A stretch of 64,000 bases of DNA from Macrostomum lignano (taxonomy: Eukaryota), in NCBI GenBank assembly GCA_002269645.1, contig NIVC01000619.1, positions 124,001 to 188,000 on the forward strand, read 5' to 3'. A program made the translations under genes and the position numbers. How positions within the stretch are numbered: position 1 is the stretch's first letter; every line of letters begins with the position of its first letter. The notes below the pieces were generated by a model, which was not told the origin of the DNA, did no database searches, and saw nothing but the letters and a program-made list of their open reading frames with translations. This document shows positions 40,740 through 53,016 of the stretch, piece by piece.

Positions 40740-43700
40740 CGTCAGCCGACGGCACAGACGGACAGCCCAACGCCACTGCCTGACCCGCCTAGCCCGCCAA
40801 ACCCGCCTCCCCCGGTCCACCGTCGGACTGAAAACATGGCCACGTATCCGACCGACGGGACTCCGCACGCTAAAAACGCTAAAAACAAAGACAATGCAAA
40901 GTTCCGCATTATACAACTCAATGCAGCCGGCCTCAGAGCTCGACGCCTCGAACTCCTCCGATTCCTCGAAGAACACCAAGCGGACATTGCCTGCATCCAG
41001 GAATCGAATCTGTCGCCCACGTCTCAGGTCCCGCGCCTCCCCGGTTGGCAACTGGCAGGCCGTAGGGACCGCGCTATAAACCGCGACGGTGACGCCACTG
41101 CCACTCCCCACGGAGGGGTCTGTTTTCTTGTCAAGGAAGGCGTGGACTTCGCTGAGTACCGTCTGCCGCAGATAGACGTGACCCGCATTGCATCTGAAGG
41201 CTCGGCCATCTCGCTCCACGATAAACGGTTAACACGCCCAATTCACATCATCAACCTCTACCTCCCGCCGGTTCGAGCCGCCGACGGGCGCCCTGACGGC
41301 TTCGACCCGGACTGGCTCCCGACCGGCCCGGACGTGCTCATCCTCGGAGACATCAACGCGCACCACGGCATGTGGGAGGATAACTGCGACTCTGAAGACC
41401 AGCGAGGCTCCGTTTTCGAAGACTGGGCTACCACCAACGACTACGTGGCCCTCAACGACGGCGGCCCAACCAGAGTCAACGCCAGAGGCATCACCAGCAG
41501 CTTCGACGTCTCCTTCGTCCCTGCCAGCTGGCAGGACAAGCTGGAATGGAACACCGGCAAACATATCGGATCTGATCACCTGCCCATTATCATTGACGTT
41601 ATTAACCAAAACCCGCTCCCTGTGAAAAACGACAGGAAAAAGAGGCACACTCGCTTGGCTTATCACAAAGCAGACTGGGACAAATACCACCTTATCATCA
41701 GCGAGCGCCTTAAAAACTGGACCGCCAGACCACCAAAGACTGCCACCGGAGCCGCCAACAAGCTCACCGACGCGATCATGGACGCGGCCCGCAAAGCGAT
41801 CCCGCAGGGATCCCGCCGCGCCCCTATCGCCTGGTGGTGCCCAGAAGCAGAAGCAGCGTGCGCGGCCAGGCGCCAGGCGCTAGAAGACCTCCGAGCCAAC
41901 CCCAACGACGACTAACTCGCCCAGGCGTTCCAGGAGGCGGCAGTACACGCCACCGCCACCATCCGCAACGCAAAGGAAGCCCTGTGGCGCGACTTCATCA
42001 GCGACAACTCCAGCGAGCTCAAGTCGGCTGACCTTTGACGCATCATACGCGTCCTCGACGGCCGCACCGCGGCCTCCCGCCCATCAGGGGCGATCCAAAA
42101 CCCACAAGGCCGCTCCACCACCTCCGACCGCCAGAAAGCCGATCTTTTCTGTCAAGAGTACGCCAATGTCGCCAAAATCCCGAAAGACAAATCTGCCGAC
42201 AAAGACATCCGAAACGAAGCCAGAAGAGCTGTGCGGGACACCTGCAGCTGCCAAAATCACTGGACGGGCCTTTGCGCCGACTTCCCGATGGAAGCTCTGA
42301 CCAGAGCCATCAGAGGAGTCCCCAGCAGATCGGCACCGGGCATCGACGGCGTTTCGAACTTAATGCTAAAAAATCTGCCAACTCAAGGCCTGGAACTGCT
42401 GCTGCTCGCCATCAACATCTCCTGGCGCTCCGCTGAAATCCCGGCAATGTGGCGTCTAGGCGATATTCGCCCGATCCCCAAGCCCGGGAAAGATCACAGC
42501 ATCACTGCGAGTTTCCGCGCTATCTGCCTTCTCTCTTGCACTGCCAAAATCGCTGAACGGCTCGTTAACGAACGCCTCACCTTTCATCTGGAAGAGAATA
42601 AACTGCTAAATCCAGCCCAAGCCGGCTTCCGCCGGAACCGCTCCACCGAGGAGCAGATCACAGCTGTCACCCAATACATCTTCGACGGCTTCCAAGCGCA
42701 GAAACCAGCGAAGCGGACCGCCCTACTCTTAGCTGATTTCTCCAGAGCATACGAGCGAGTGTGGCGTAAAGCCCAAATCGCCAAGCTCCACAGGAAAGGG
42801 ACGCCCACGTGCATGAACCGGTGGATTAACAACTTCATCAGCGATCGCCGTGCCCTCGTCACCTGGGACGGGGCCCGCAGTCGCGTCCGGATCTTCACAG
42901 AGGGCCTACCGCAAGGATCCGTTCTCGCCCCGACGCTCTGGGACGTTTACATCGACCACCTGCTCGACGACGCCCCCGAAAACGTCCTGGCGGTCGGATA
43001 CGCCGACGACACCACCTTCGGCGCCCAAGGCCACAACCTCAGGGAGTGCGAGTCGAAACTGCAGAGAGCGGCCGATTGGCTTGTTGCCTGGTCCCAAACC
43101 TGGAAGGTGGACCTCAACAAGTCCAAATGGGTCGTTTCCTTCTTCTCCCTCGACCCCCGCGAGGTCAACGGCAAAGCGAGACCCAGCATCATGCTCGGCG
43201 ACGTCCAGGCCCCGTACGAATCCCACCCCAGACTCCTGGGCGTGCACCTCGACTCCCAGCTCACGTTCCGGCACCATGCGTCGGTCCAAAAACAAAACCT
43301 CCAAAAGAGGACCAACGCTCTCCGCTGCCTCGCCGGGCGTGACTGGGGCCAGGACCCAGGGCTCCTGTCGCAACTCCACAGAACCTACGCCGAGTCGGCT
43401 GCTCTCCACGGCGCTGCAGCCTGGTTAAACTTCGCGTCGGACGCCTGCAGACAACTGGTGGAATCTGCTCACAACGAGGCTGCCCGTGTCATCTCAGGGT
43501 GCTGCAAATCTACGCCGACTGCCGCGCTCCTTATCGAAGCCGGACTCCAACCCCTGGCACACAGTGCGGCGGCCGCGGCAGCGACGTTCCTGGACAAAAC
43601 GAGCGTCAAGCCACCCCGCTCCGCAACATAGCCGACAGAGAAGTCACTCCTCGCATCCGCGCTCTCGGCGGAAACGGCAACTTCCGCAGATGCTGGCACA

Positions 43701-45099
43701 GGTGTGCTAGAGAGATGACCCACAGAGTCGGACTGGCCGAGCGCCAAATCGAAACCGACAACGAGCTGGTGCCAACGTGGTCTTCCTTGACTAGTTTTCA
43801 CATCCAAGACTCCCTCATTACTAGGTGCTCCCGAGACGACCCATCGCATGTCCGCAGGACCGCGGCGCTGGAGACCCTAGCTCCCCCCCGCAGACCTGAA
43901 ACTCTGGACGGACGGCTCAGCATCAGGAGGCACTACCAACGGCGGAGCAGGAGCCGTACTCTACACCCGGTTCGCCGACGCGCATTCTCAGAGCACCGGC
44001 GGGGAGCCTGACCTCGTCCTTCCGAGCGGAAGAATGCGCGCTTAGGCTCGGTCTTCAGGCAGCGTTTGACGATCTGCCGTGGCCGGGAAACCGTGAGCTG
44101 CGCTGCGCGACTGACTCCCAGGCCCTGCTCCGCTGCCTCAAAGGCGGCCCCATCCCGCGGCTTTCCCCGTGCTGCCGCGACATCCTGCGTATTTTGGGAC
44201 GCCTACCGCCAGGCCACCACGTGACCCTGCAATGGGTCCCGGGCCACTGCGACCTTCGTCGCAACGATCTCGCCGACGCCACTGCCCGCGCTGCTGCCAC
44301 TCTTGATCAGACCAACGCACCTCTGGATCACCGCAGCGCGCGCTCTGCCATCCTGGAAACGGCCCAAAACGACTTCATCCAATTGTACAAGGCAAACAAG
44401 CACTGCAGCACCCACCGCACCTGCACCAACGGACGACGACCCAAACAGAAAACTTCCATGAACCGTAAGGACAGAGTCCTGCTAGCCCAGCTACGCAATG
44501 GCCACTGCCCGATACTCCGACAGTACCGGCACCGCATCAGGCTGGAACTGGAGGCCACCTGCCCAGCCTGCGGGGAGGCCCCGGAGGACCTCAAGCATCT
44601 GCTTCTGGAATGCCGCACCACAACCGAGACCAGACGACAAATCTTGGGCGAGAACCCGACGCTGGCCATCCTCCACGACGACGGCCCGCGCGCACTGCAC
44701 TTTCTCCATGCGGTAGGGGCGCAAACCCGCCCCCCCGGATATTAACCCGGCCGGGAACTAACAACAACAACAACAACGAACAGATGATCGACGAACTAGA
44801 AGAGATTGAATTTTTATATAACCAGTTTATCGCGGAACAGCACTCGTCTGGCGACAACACTGGCTTAATCAATCCAATTAGTCGATGTAGCCCGGCCGAG
44901 TCTCTGCGTTATTCAGACGACAATATTCTAGAGGAGTCGAGTTTCTGGAGCGGCGCTCGTTCTGTCGCGTGTCAAACTGACAACATCAGACCGGGCTCTA
45001 CATCAGGTCGCATCCGTAGTTGGTCTGTATAATATTAGTTATATAACAACATTGTTAAAAAGACATATTAAATCTATATAACTACAACATAGTGAGATA

Positions 45100-45690
45100 A
45101 AAGGTCATATCACCAATTAACAAGGTCACACCATCAGTCAACAATGTCACATCACCAGTCTATACAGTCACATCACCAGTCAGCATGGTCACATCACCAG
45201 TCATCATGGCCACATCACCAGTCCATATGGTCACATCAACAGTCAACATTGTCACATCACCAATCAACATAGTCACATCACCAGTCCATAAGGTCACAAC
45301 ACTAGCCAACATGGTCACATCACCAGTCACCATGGTCACATCACCAGTCAATCAGGTCACATCACCAGTCAATCAGGTCACAACAACAGTCAAGTATGTC
45401 ACACCAGCAGTCACTTTGATCACATCACCAATCTTCATGGTCACAACACCAGTCAATCGGGTAATATCACAACTCAATCGGAGTCACAACACCAGTCAAC
45501 CAGGTCACATCACTAGTCAACATGGTCACAACACCAGTCAACCAGGTCACAACACCAGTCAACCAGGTCACATCTCCAGTCGCGTTGGTCACATCACCAG
45601 TCACCCAGGTCACATCACCAGTCAAACACGGTCACATCGCCAGTCAACACGGTCACATCAGGCGACATCAGGTCACATCAGACATACAGG
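45100..45690. repeat. ~21-bp degenerate minisatellite (GGTCACATCACCAGTCAACAT)
   Basis: Tandem units visible. Confidence 0.9.
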
Positions 45691-47694
45691 CGACCTTCGG
45701 GACCTTCAACGGAGTGCCACCACGCGGCCCTGACGAGCGGGCACCCCAACATCGTGATTTTTCTATCAAGGCACCAAACCAGGCATGTTTGGATATTATG
45801 CAATGCTTTTCCACCATGTTAAATTGGAGAGTTGCAGATTTAACTGGCAGCTGAAAGTCTATAATTATAATCCCGGCATAAAACACACGCGTCTGCGTCC
45901 CACAATGAAATCAATACATCCCCGTAGGCCCGATATATAAGTAATCACAGAACTGTCAGAGCAGCCATCGCGAAGCCCTCAGGCTCGGCAATCAAGAAAG
46001 AATAACCGCCCGGAAGAAAGGGAGGCACAGCGATGCGATGGATTGCACTGTTACAAAAACCAGCACATCTTCAGTTCTTCAGTCTTTCCATCGCAAATTT
46101 CCGGAATCATACTAAAATCGTATTCATAAACCGGTTGCGTTGTTACACAATGGCAGTCACTGAGGCGCAACTGTTGCACAGATATCTCACAGAAAATTGA
46201 GCCACAGACAACGACGCCAAGGGCTTCATTTCCTGGTGCGAGCGCTACAGAAATTGCAACAGCAAAGCTGGCAGACGTGATGCCTGTATGTCTACAGGTC
46301 AGCCTAGAGGGTCGCCATCGTCCATTTCATCCACCGATTATGTCTACTGACAGAAGAGGGTTCTTCCATTTCAATTTTGGGAACGCAGCCGTCTCTGAGA
46401 TGCCGATCGGGTGCTTTTGTTGAAGGTCCCGACGGTCGCCGCCGTCCAGACGTTGATGAAGGGGACCCTGGTGCCTGGGATGCTGAGAGCAAAAGCCTCT
46501 ACGACAGATGGACCCAGATTATTGAGCCAATATGGATTCACCATAAAGGTTGATACAGTGTAGTGTTGGTTGTCCTTGCCACCAGTGTCTTCGACAAGAA
46601 TCGTTAAATATCTCGACGATGCTGACGTCGTATGACTTTGAAAGTTAGTTCGTCGGAAAAGGCGGAAAATTTTGATCCATATGGTTTACTTTTACGAAAA
46701 TCGGTAATTCGGTTTGCGAGCTAGCGTCGTCTGCGTCTTACAAAATGAAATGGGTCGTGTGTATTTTTAATACACCCCGAGGTCTTTCCCCATGGGGAAA
46801 AATTGCGTGGTCTTTCTACTGTTAAGAGACTTGTACTCAACACTCTTGATCCCTGTAGTGAGCAAACTCCTTGAGGTGCTGCCAGATGGACTTCGTATTA
46901 GAAGAGTCTCTGTCTCTCAGCAGGATCGGCGAACGATAAAGAATATACACTGACACGAAGTTTGGAAGCAACCAGTGGAGTAGCTGAAAATTGGCGTGAG
47001 TCTGCCAGAAATTTAATAGTCAAGTGTGTCCAATCTGATCGGGTTCAAGCTGTTTAAGAGACTAGGAGGCAGCAAGCGGTGATTGTCAACCAGAGAATAG
47101 CATCACATTGGAAATAGTCGCTACACGAGAAAACTTTAAGGGCTTGTGCTAGGCATATTAATTCTCGATTGACTAGAAAGCGGGGTTGACGTACGGGCTT
47201 TAGCGAAAAGTGGTAATGACTTGCAATGTACGATTTAACAACTCAGAATACGGAAAGTTAAAAAAGTGGCGCGACACGAAGACGGCAGGTGGAATAGGCG
47301 ATCTTGAGTGAGAAATACTTTTTTCTTTAAACCATATCTCCCTTCTTGGCATAAGCACATGCCTACAAAAACAAAGAGCCATCTAAAAAAGCTCCTAACG
47401 TTTGAAACATTAAAATTAGAAGCGAGTGCCTTTCATGAACAAAATTGAATCGCTAGGATATAATATTTCCAAACAAATCACAGAAAATAAAATTAGGATT
47501 GAATGATCGGTGAAGTAAACGGAGTGCATGGCGGTGCGGTGGGTATACTTGCACTGAGAAAACCGTAGAGCTGTAACTCGTTTCATTGCTCAGGCGTCAA
47601 CAAGCAAATAAACGCTACATGATATTCACTTAAAGCAACGCCTGTCTCTGCTCACGTGAAAGCATTCACCTCAAACTACACCGCTCGACGGAAC

Positions 47695-47724
47695 GGAAAC
47701 ACGTGCCGATCCGATGCGTATAAA
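47695..47724 (+). promoter_or_regulatory. Conserved promoter module GGAAACACGTG...GATCCGATG.TATAAA of the peptide genes (representative copy)
   Basis: Recurs at 30349-30378(-), 33443-33472(-), 50677-50706(-), 52717-52746(+), 54930-54959(-), 57794-57827(+, TATA variant) and 61698-61727(+). Confidence 0.7.
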
Positions 47725-47812
47725 TTCGCCGACTGCCGACTACTCAACCCAACAAGCTCAGACTCGACTCAATCTACACACAACTCGAAGAATCGACTCG
47801 ACTCAAGCAACC

Positions 47813-47995
47813 ATGAAGTGGCAACTGGTTCTCGGACTTCTGCTGTTCGCAGCCCTGGTCGTGGTCGAGCCCTCGGAGGCCAAGGCCGAAAGCGAGTCGA
47901 AGGAGGATCCGTCCGACTCGGACGATTCCAAGCTGTCGGAGGAGCAGTTCCCGAAGCTGAGGAAGAAGGGCTTCCACGTTCATTTTCATGGTTAG
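47813..47995 (+). CDS. Peptide precursor copy 3 (type A)
   Basis: MKWQLVLGLLLFAALVVVEPSEAK...RKKGFHVHFHG*; the longer upstream ORF start is an artefact. Confidence 0.85.
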   Translation: MKWQLVLGLLLFAALVVVEPSEAKAESESKEDPSDSDDSKLSEEQFPKLRKKGFHVHFHG

Positions 47996-49189
47996 ATGAG
48001 CCACATCGCACATCGAAGTCGCTTCATCGATCGGAAGATTGACAACTCACAGCTGACCGGACTTCGAACTTTGATTTGAAACCCCCCAATTCTGAATGGT
48101 AAACTGAAATTAACACAAGCCTTTATTCGCTGAGCAGTTTTACCAAATATAACAACAAGCAGAAGCTAATTAGACACTTAATGCAACAATAATATTTGTG
48201 GTGTTGAGCTTTGTAAATTTCTTCAAGTTGCCAGTCGTCATGTGGAGGACTTTCAGATAAAAGTTTTTGTATTAAAGTAGTCAGAAAGTGTTGATGCGAT
48301 AAGGTACTCATTCGGCACATATGGATTATATATATTCGTTTTTGCCAAACTTTATTATTTGAAATAAGTTCACAACATAATCGGCGATTATGCGATTACG
48401 CGTATAAAATAACATTTCCTAACTTTTCCGTTTACTTTGTGAATTATTGTGGCGATTCTTAACTCGTCACAAACAAGTGACTAAGCAGCTAACTAACTGT
48501 AGAGTTAACAGAATTTTCTCTTCTTGTTGTGAAAAATCGGTTATCAAATGTGCGAGCTGATTTAGGAAACGTGGAGCCAATTCGATCCATAGAACTATAG
48601 TGGAGCTCGTACCCATTTTTTGAGAAATCTCCAAGAGAAAGATGTGACAACTTGATGATTGATAACTTAGAGAACTAGTACTCGTATTGAAGCCCCACAC
48701 ATTGAAGTCAAAGTAGCGAGAAGGAATGTTGAGCAACTTACTGCTGCCCATTCATGGTTTCCGGATCAGGATGACGACCGGCCTTTACAACTGGCCATCG
48801 TCATCAAATTTAATAAAGCAAGTTCACAATGCTTTAAATATATTTCTAGACATTAGCTCCTTTAGCAGTGTGGAGCTTAGCCATACTGTACAAAATTTAA
48901 GTTCTGATGCGATTTTCGAGGCTATCAAGGAGACTAGACAGCAGTTCGTCCTCGTCTCAGGCCGTCGGGGTTTGTCCGGTAGGTGGGACTTGGTCGACGT
49001 CCATGGTCTCCTCGCCCCTCAGCCCCGACAGATTCTTCAAGCTCCGATGACGGAATGGAGGAGGTTTCTTCATCTTTATCTTTTCCCTCGGACCCCACCA
49101 AAGTAGACGAGAAAAACACGGGCTTCGAACTTTAACTTCCGAACACCCGGCTTTGTTTCCGACTCCATTTGGCAGGTTTTGCGCCCTGG

Positions 49190-49770
49190 GCCGGGTCACA
49201 GCTGTCGCTACGGTCGCCGAACCGCCGCTTGCAGAAGGCCAAGCACTGCATTGACTTTGGGATCGGCCTGTGCCTTTCTTTTGGCCTGTGACTCGACTCT
49301 ACCAAGCGCTGGACAGGCCGAGGGCAATTGTATCGCCCGTTTCCGCCTTCTATCCCCTTTGCGGTGATACACCGGTTTGCTAGAAGAGAGGTTACGAGCT
49401 AGAATTCAGTCACAGTAGGACCTGATGGTCAATATCTGACCCAGCGGCAGTGCTCTCGCTATCGCTGAGCACTCTCATCGGCCTAGGGTTCCCGAATCCG
49501 AACCCGAATCTCAAGTGAGTCCCAATGGACGGGCACCAAATTTTTGGGCTCATGCCTTCCATTTAGCTAGTTGTGTAATTCAAAGTCTACGGCACGAGGC
49601 CTTCACTGTTGTCCATTTACCATATGTCAGTTCACCTATAGCGCAAATGCAGTAGAGCTGCTAACAGTGGTCATCTTACAAAAAGTACAGAAAGGTCAGA
49701 TTCTTATCTAGGAACTTCAACCGGACCGCCCAAGGACACATCACACTTCCAGGTAAATAGTGCACTCACA
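49190..49770 (+). repeat. Spacer block homologous to ~53590-54150 and, inverted, to ~32030-32600
   Basis: Shared CGCTACGGTCGCCGAACCGC...GTAAATAGTGCACTCACAATCTCAG. Confidence 0.85.
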
Positions 49771-50406
49771 ATCTCAGAAATATTGTTTGTACATATTTAC
49801 GGTGACGAGCTAGAAATCGCCCAAAGAAAAAAAATGAACGGAAAAATTTCAAACTGCAATAAAAAATAATACAATTTTTGTAATGATACTTATTATTCGG
49901 CGAAAATGAAGGGATACCCAAAAACTTTTAAACAAGTATCTCTAAGGTAACACATTCACATTGAATTTCATGCGAAAAAAAACAATCTCTGCATCGCATC
50001 ATCATCAAATCAACATATTCAAGTCAGACTTTAGAGTCCAGTCAGCTTTGATAAAGCAACTTCGATGCACGATGTGTCAGGAAAGGATATGAGTCAATGT
50101 ATCAATGTATCAGTATCAATTGTTATCTGCAAGTTAGATATATCTACGAATGCTCCTCATGACGACTCGTAACTTAAAGAAATTTACTAAGCTCAATCTA
50201 ACATATATTATTGTTGCATTTGGTGCCTAATTAGATACTGCTTGTTGTTATATTTGGTAAAACTGATCAGCAAATAAAGATGGTATGGATTTCATGTTTA
50301 CCATTCAGAATTGGGCGGTTTCAAATCAAAGTTCACAGTCCAGTCAGCTGTGAGTTGTCTTAATCTTCCGATCGATGAAGCGACTTCGATGTGCGATGTG
50401 GCTCAT

Positions 50407-50589
50407 CTAACCATGAAAATGAACGTGGAAGCCCTTCTTCCTTAGCTTCGGGAACTGCTCCTCCGACAGCTTGGAATCATCCGAGTCGGACGGATCCTCC
50501 TTCGACTCGCTTTCGGCTTTGGCCTCCGAGGGCTCGACAACGACCAGGGCTGCGAAAACCAGAAGTCCGAGAACCAGTTGCCACTTCAT
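50407..50589 (-). CDS. Peptide precursor copy 4 (type A)
   Basis: MKWQLVLGLLVFAALVVVEPSEAK...RKKGFHVHFHG*. Confidence 0.85.
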   Translation of the reverse strand: MKWQLVLGLLVFAALVVVEPSEAKAESESKEDPSDSDDSKLSEEQFPKLRKKGFHVHFHG

Positions 50590-52833
50590 GGTTGCTTGAG
50601 TCGAGTCGATTCTTCGAGTTGTGTGTAGATTGAGTCGAGTCTGAGCTTGTTGCTTTGAGCAGTCGGGAACTAATAATTTATAAACATCGGATCGGCACGT
50701 GTTTCCGTTCCGTCGAGCGGCGTTGTTTGAGCTGCAGGCTTTCACGTGAGCAGAGACAGGCGTTGCTTTAAGTGAATATCATGTAGCGTTTATTTGCTTG
50801 TTGACGCCTGAGCAATAAAAAGTGCCGCTCAAGTTTTATCAGTGCAAAAGGTAAGCATCTCACTTATCGCGCTGCACTACACTGCACTTGACTCAGTTCT
50901 ATGCGAGTATTAAAGCCCAATGACGCTAACTATCGATTGTGGAGAATAAAATGCATGAAATCGGGATGTCTACCGATTTTTTCGGCCACTGCGTGTCGAT
51001 TTCTGCAGTATCCAATGGCGGTCCTCAACCGGTCAGATGCTAAGCTTGTGTTTAGAATTCCTTAGATTTGATTTCTTAGTCTGCTCGGGAAAGCGTATTT
51101 CAGGAGCCGATTTCGTGTGGTCGAGCGAAGCAGAAAATGCGCGCCATTTGCCAGCTTATATTCTACCGTCTACCGTGTTGCTACAACTGCCGACTTTTAA
51201 TATTTGCTTTTGCAGCCGTTTTGAACCTGACTGAATGTTTCTAAACCATTGTGACGCCCCCGAGCTCTCATTAGAGAATCCATTCATTGAGGTAGAATTT
51301 AACTATTGAACTCACTGCAGTGAGCAAACCCGTTGAAGTGCTGCGAAACGGACCTAATCTGGATTTGGCTGATGATGTAGTGTATGAAAATTGATTTATT
51401 TGACAGCTTTGTAGTTAAATGGGCTAAAACTCCTATTTTTATCATAAGGTGATACGCTTGTATAATTGGTAATATCCATACTCAACAAAGGTAGCTAATT
51501 AAAAAAACTGCTACTTAAGTACTAATACTTAGGTCAAACGAGCTTTAAGTCAAGCAAAACATTTTAATCCATTCAAGAAAAAATAGTATGAGGTCGCAAG
51601 TGTATGCTTCGCCTCATGTCGATGAATAAAATCAAGAATCTCTCTGCCTAAAATTTATGTTTCCGCTCATCACAGCTCGAATCACCGTCCCGATCCGCAC
51701 AGTGATTGCAGATGGTCTTATTTCAGAAGTTAATGAAGCGTAACGGGTAAATGTATGAAAAGGGGGTCCATACACCGATCATTTGGTGAATCTCAAAATA
51801 CATCTCGTAGGTGTGCAAGCATGAATTCAAAATGATAATGCCATAAATTTACGAGTAGCTACACCTTCTTTGTATCGAATTCGAAATTCATTTGACACCA
51901 CAAATTGAAAATTTCATGAACGCATTGATGAGCATCGTAATAAATGTCTGTCTCCCAGCAGAATCGGAGAAAAATGAACGATTAGACTGACAACAAAGAT
52001 TGGAGCAGGACAGCTGAACATCTGCGTCAGAAATGCCAGAAATGAAATAGTCAAGTGTTTTCCAATCTGGACTTGTTCAAGCTTTTCAAGAGAACAGTAC
52101 GCAGTAAGCGGTTATCGACAGCCTCGACGGTGTATCAGCTCTTTAGGATAGTAAAAAAACGTTTGGTGAGATTATGGGGCTTTAGAACATTAAAGTAAAC
52201 AACCCCGTCAAAATACAATGCTTGTACTCCTTAACATTGCGAATACGAGCTATTGTTCTCTTTCTTCTTTTTTTACATGCACTGTCTCTACTGAGATTAT
52301 TCTCCAAGATGAAATGCGACAGCTTTTCCACATTAAAAGTCTCATGCATATTTAGTCCAACGAATACGTTGTTGGATTGCAACGAAAATTGACACATAGC
52401 TACAGTTTCCTGCACTGCAGATATCCCGATTTCGCACATTTCTTCTACACAGTCGAAATATAGTGTAATATTGCTTTACTATGCGACTGAGTTCGCATTA
52501 CGAGTCAAAGAGAGTGCTATGCAAAGCAGTGCAGTGCGGTGCGGTGCAGTGCTTAGAATACCTGCAGTGTCCTGCTCTAAGAAAATGCTAGAGCGGTACT
52601 TGTTTGATTGCTCAGGTGTCAACAAGCAAACAAACGCTACATGATATTCGCTTAAAGCAACGCCTGTCTCTGCTTACGCAAAAGCCTGCAATTCAAACAA
52701 CGCCGCTCGACGGAACGGAAACACGTGCCGATCCGATGCGTATAAATTCGAAGCTGCCGACTGCATAACACAACAAGCTCAGACTCGACTCAGTCTACAC
52801 ACAGCTCGAAGAATCGACTCGACTCAAGCAATC

Positions 52834-53016
52834 ATGAAGTGGCAACTGGTTCTCGGACTTCTGGTGCTCGCAGCCCTGGTCGTTGTCGAGCCCTCGGAGG
52901 CCAAGGCCGAAAGCGAGTCGAAGGAGGATCCGTCCGACTCCGACGATTCCAAGCTGTCGGAGGAGCAGTTCCCGAAACTGAGGAAGAAGGGCTTCCACGT
53001 TCATTTTCATGGTTAG
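52834..53016 (+). CDS. Peptide precursor copy 5 (type A)
   Basis: Intact 60-aa ORF; AATAAA at 53134-53139. Confidence 0.85.
   Translation: MKWQLVLGLLVLAALVVVEPSEAKAESESKEDPSDSDDSKLSEEQFPKLRKKGFHVHFHG

Larger units (their letters stand above)
40443..44745 (+). pseudogene. Single LINE polyprotein ORF with lesions
   Basis: APE (QLNAAG, CIQES, GDINAHH, GSDHLPI), RT (LPQGSVLAP, YADD), RNase H (WTDGS ~43905, LQWVPGHC), CPACGEAPEDLKHLLLEC; in-frame stops at 41913 and 42036; frameshifts after ~43600. Confidence 0.9.
40328..44775 (+). mobile_element. Non-LTR retrotransposon, I-group / Ingi-like, probably full length but degenerate
   Basis: 13-bp TSD ACGAACAGATGAT (40315-40327 and 44776-44788); (CAA)n tail; domain order 2A-like, PHD, APE, RT, RNase H, C-terminal CCHC. 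Confidence 0.9.
40014..45032 (+). pseudogene. Acidic ORF (185 aa when rejoined: 40014-40327 + 44789-45032) disrupted by a LINE insertion
   Basis: Removing the element and one TSD copy restores the frame ...DADEQM-IDELEEIEF...LEESSFWSGARSVACQTD... Confidence 0.7.

Noticed and set aside
47714-47812. N-terminal extensions of copies 3, 4 and 9 given by the ORF track
   Set aside because: Starts lie at or upstream of the TATA box and are not conserved; MKW is the shared start.
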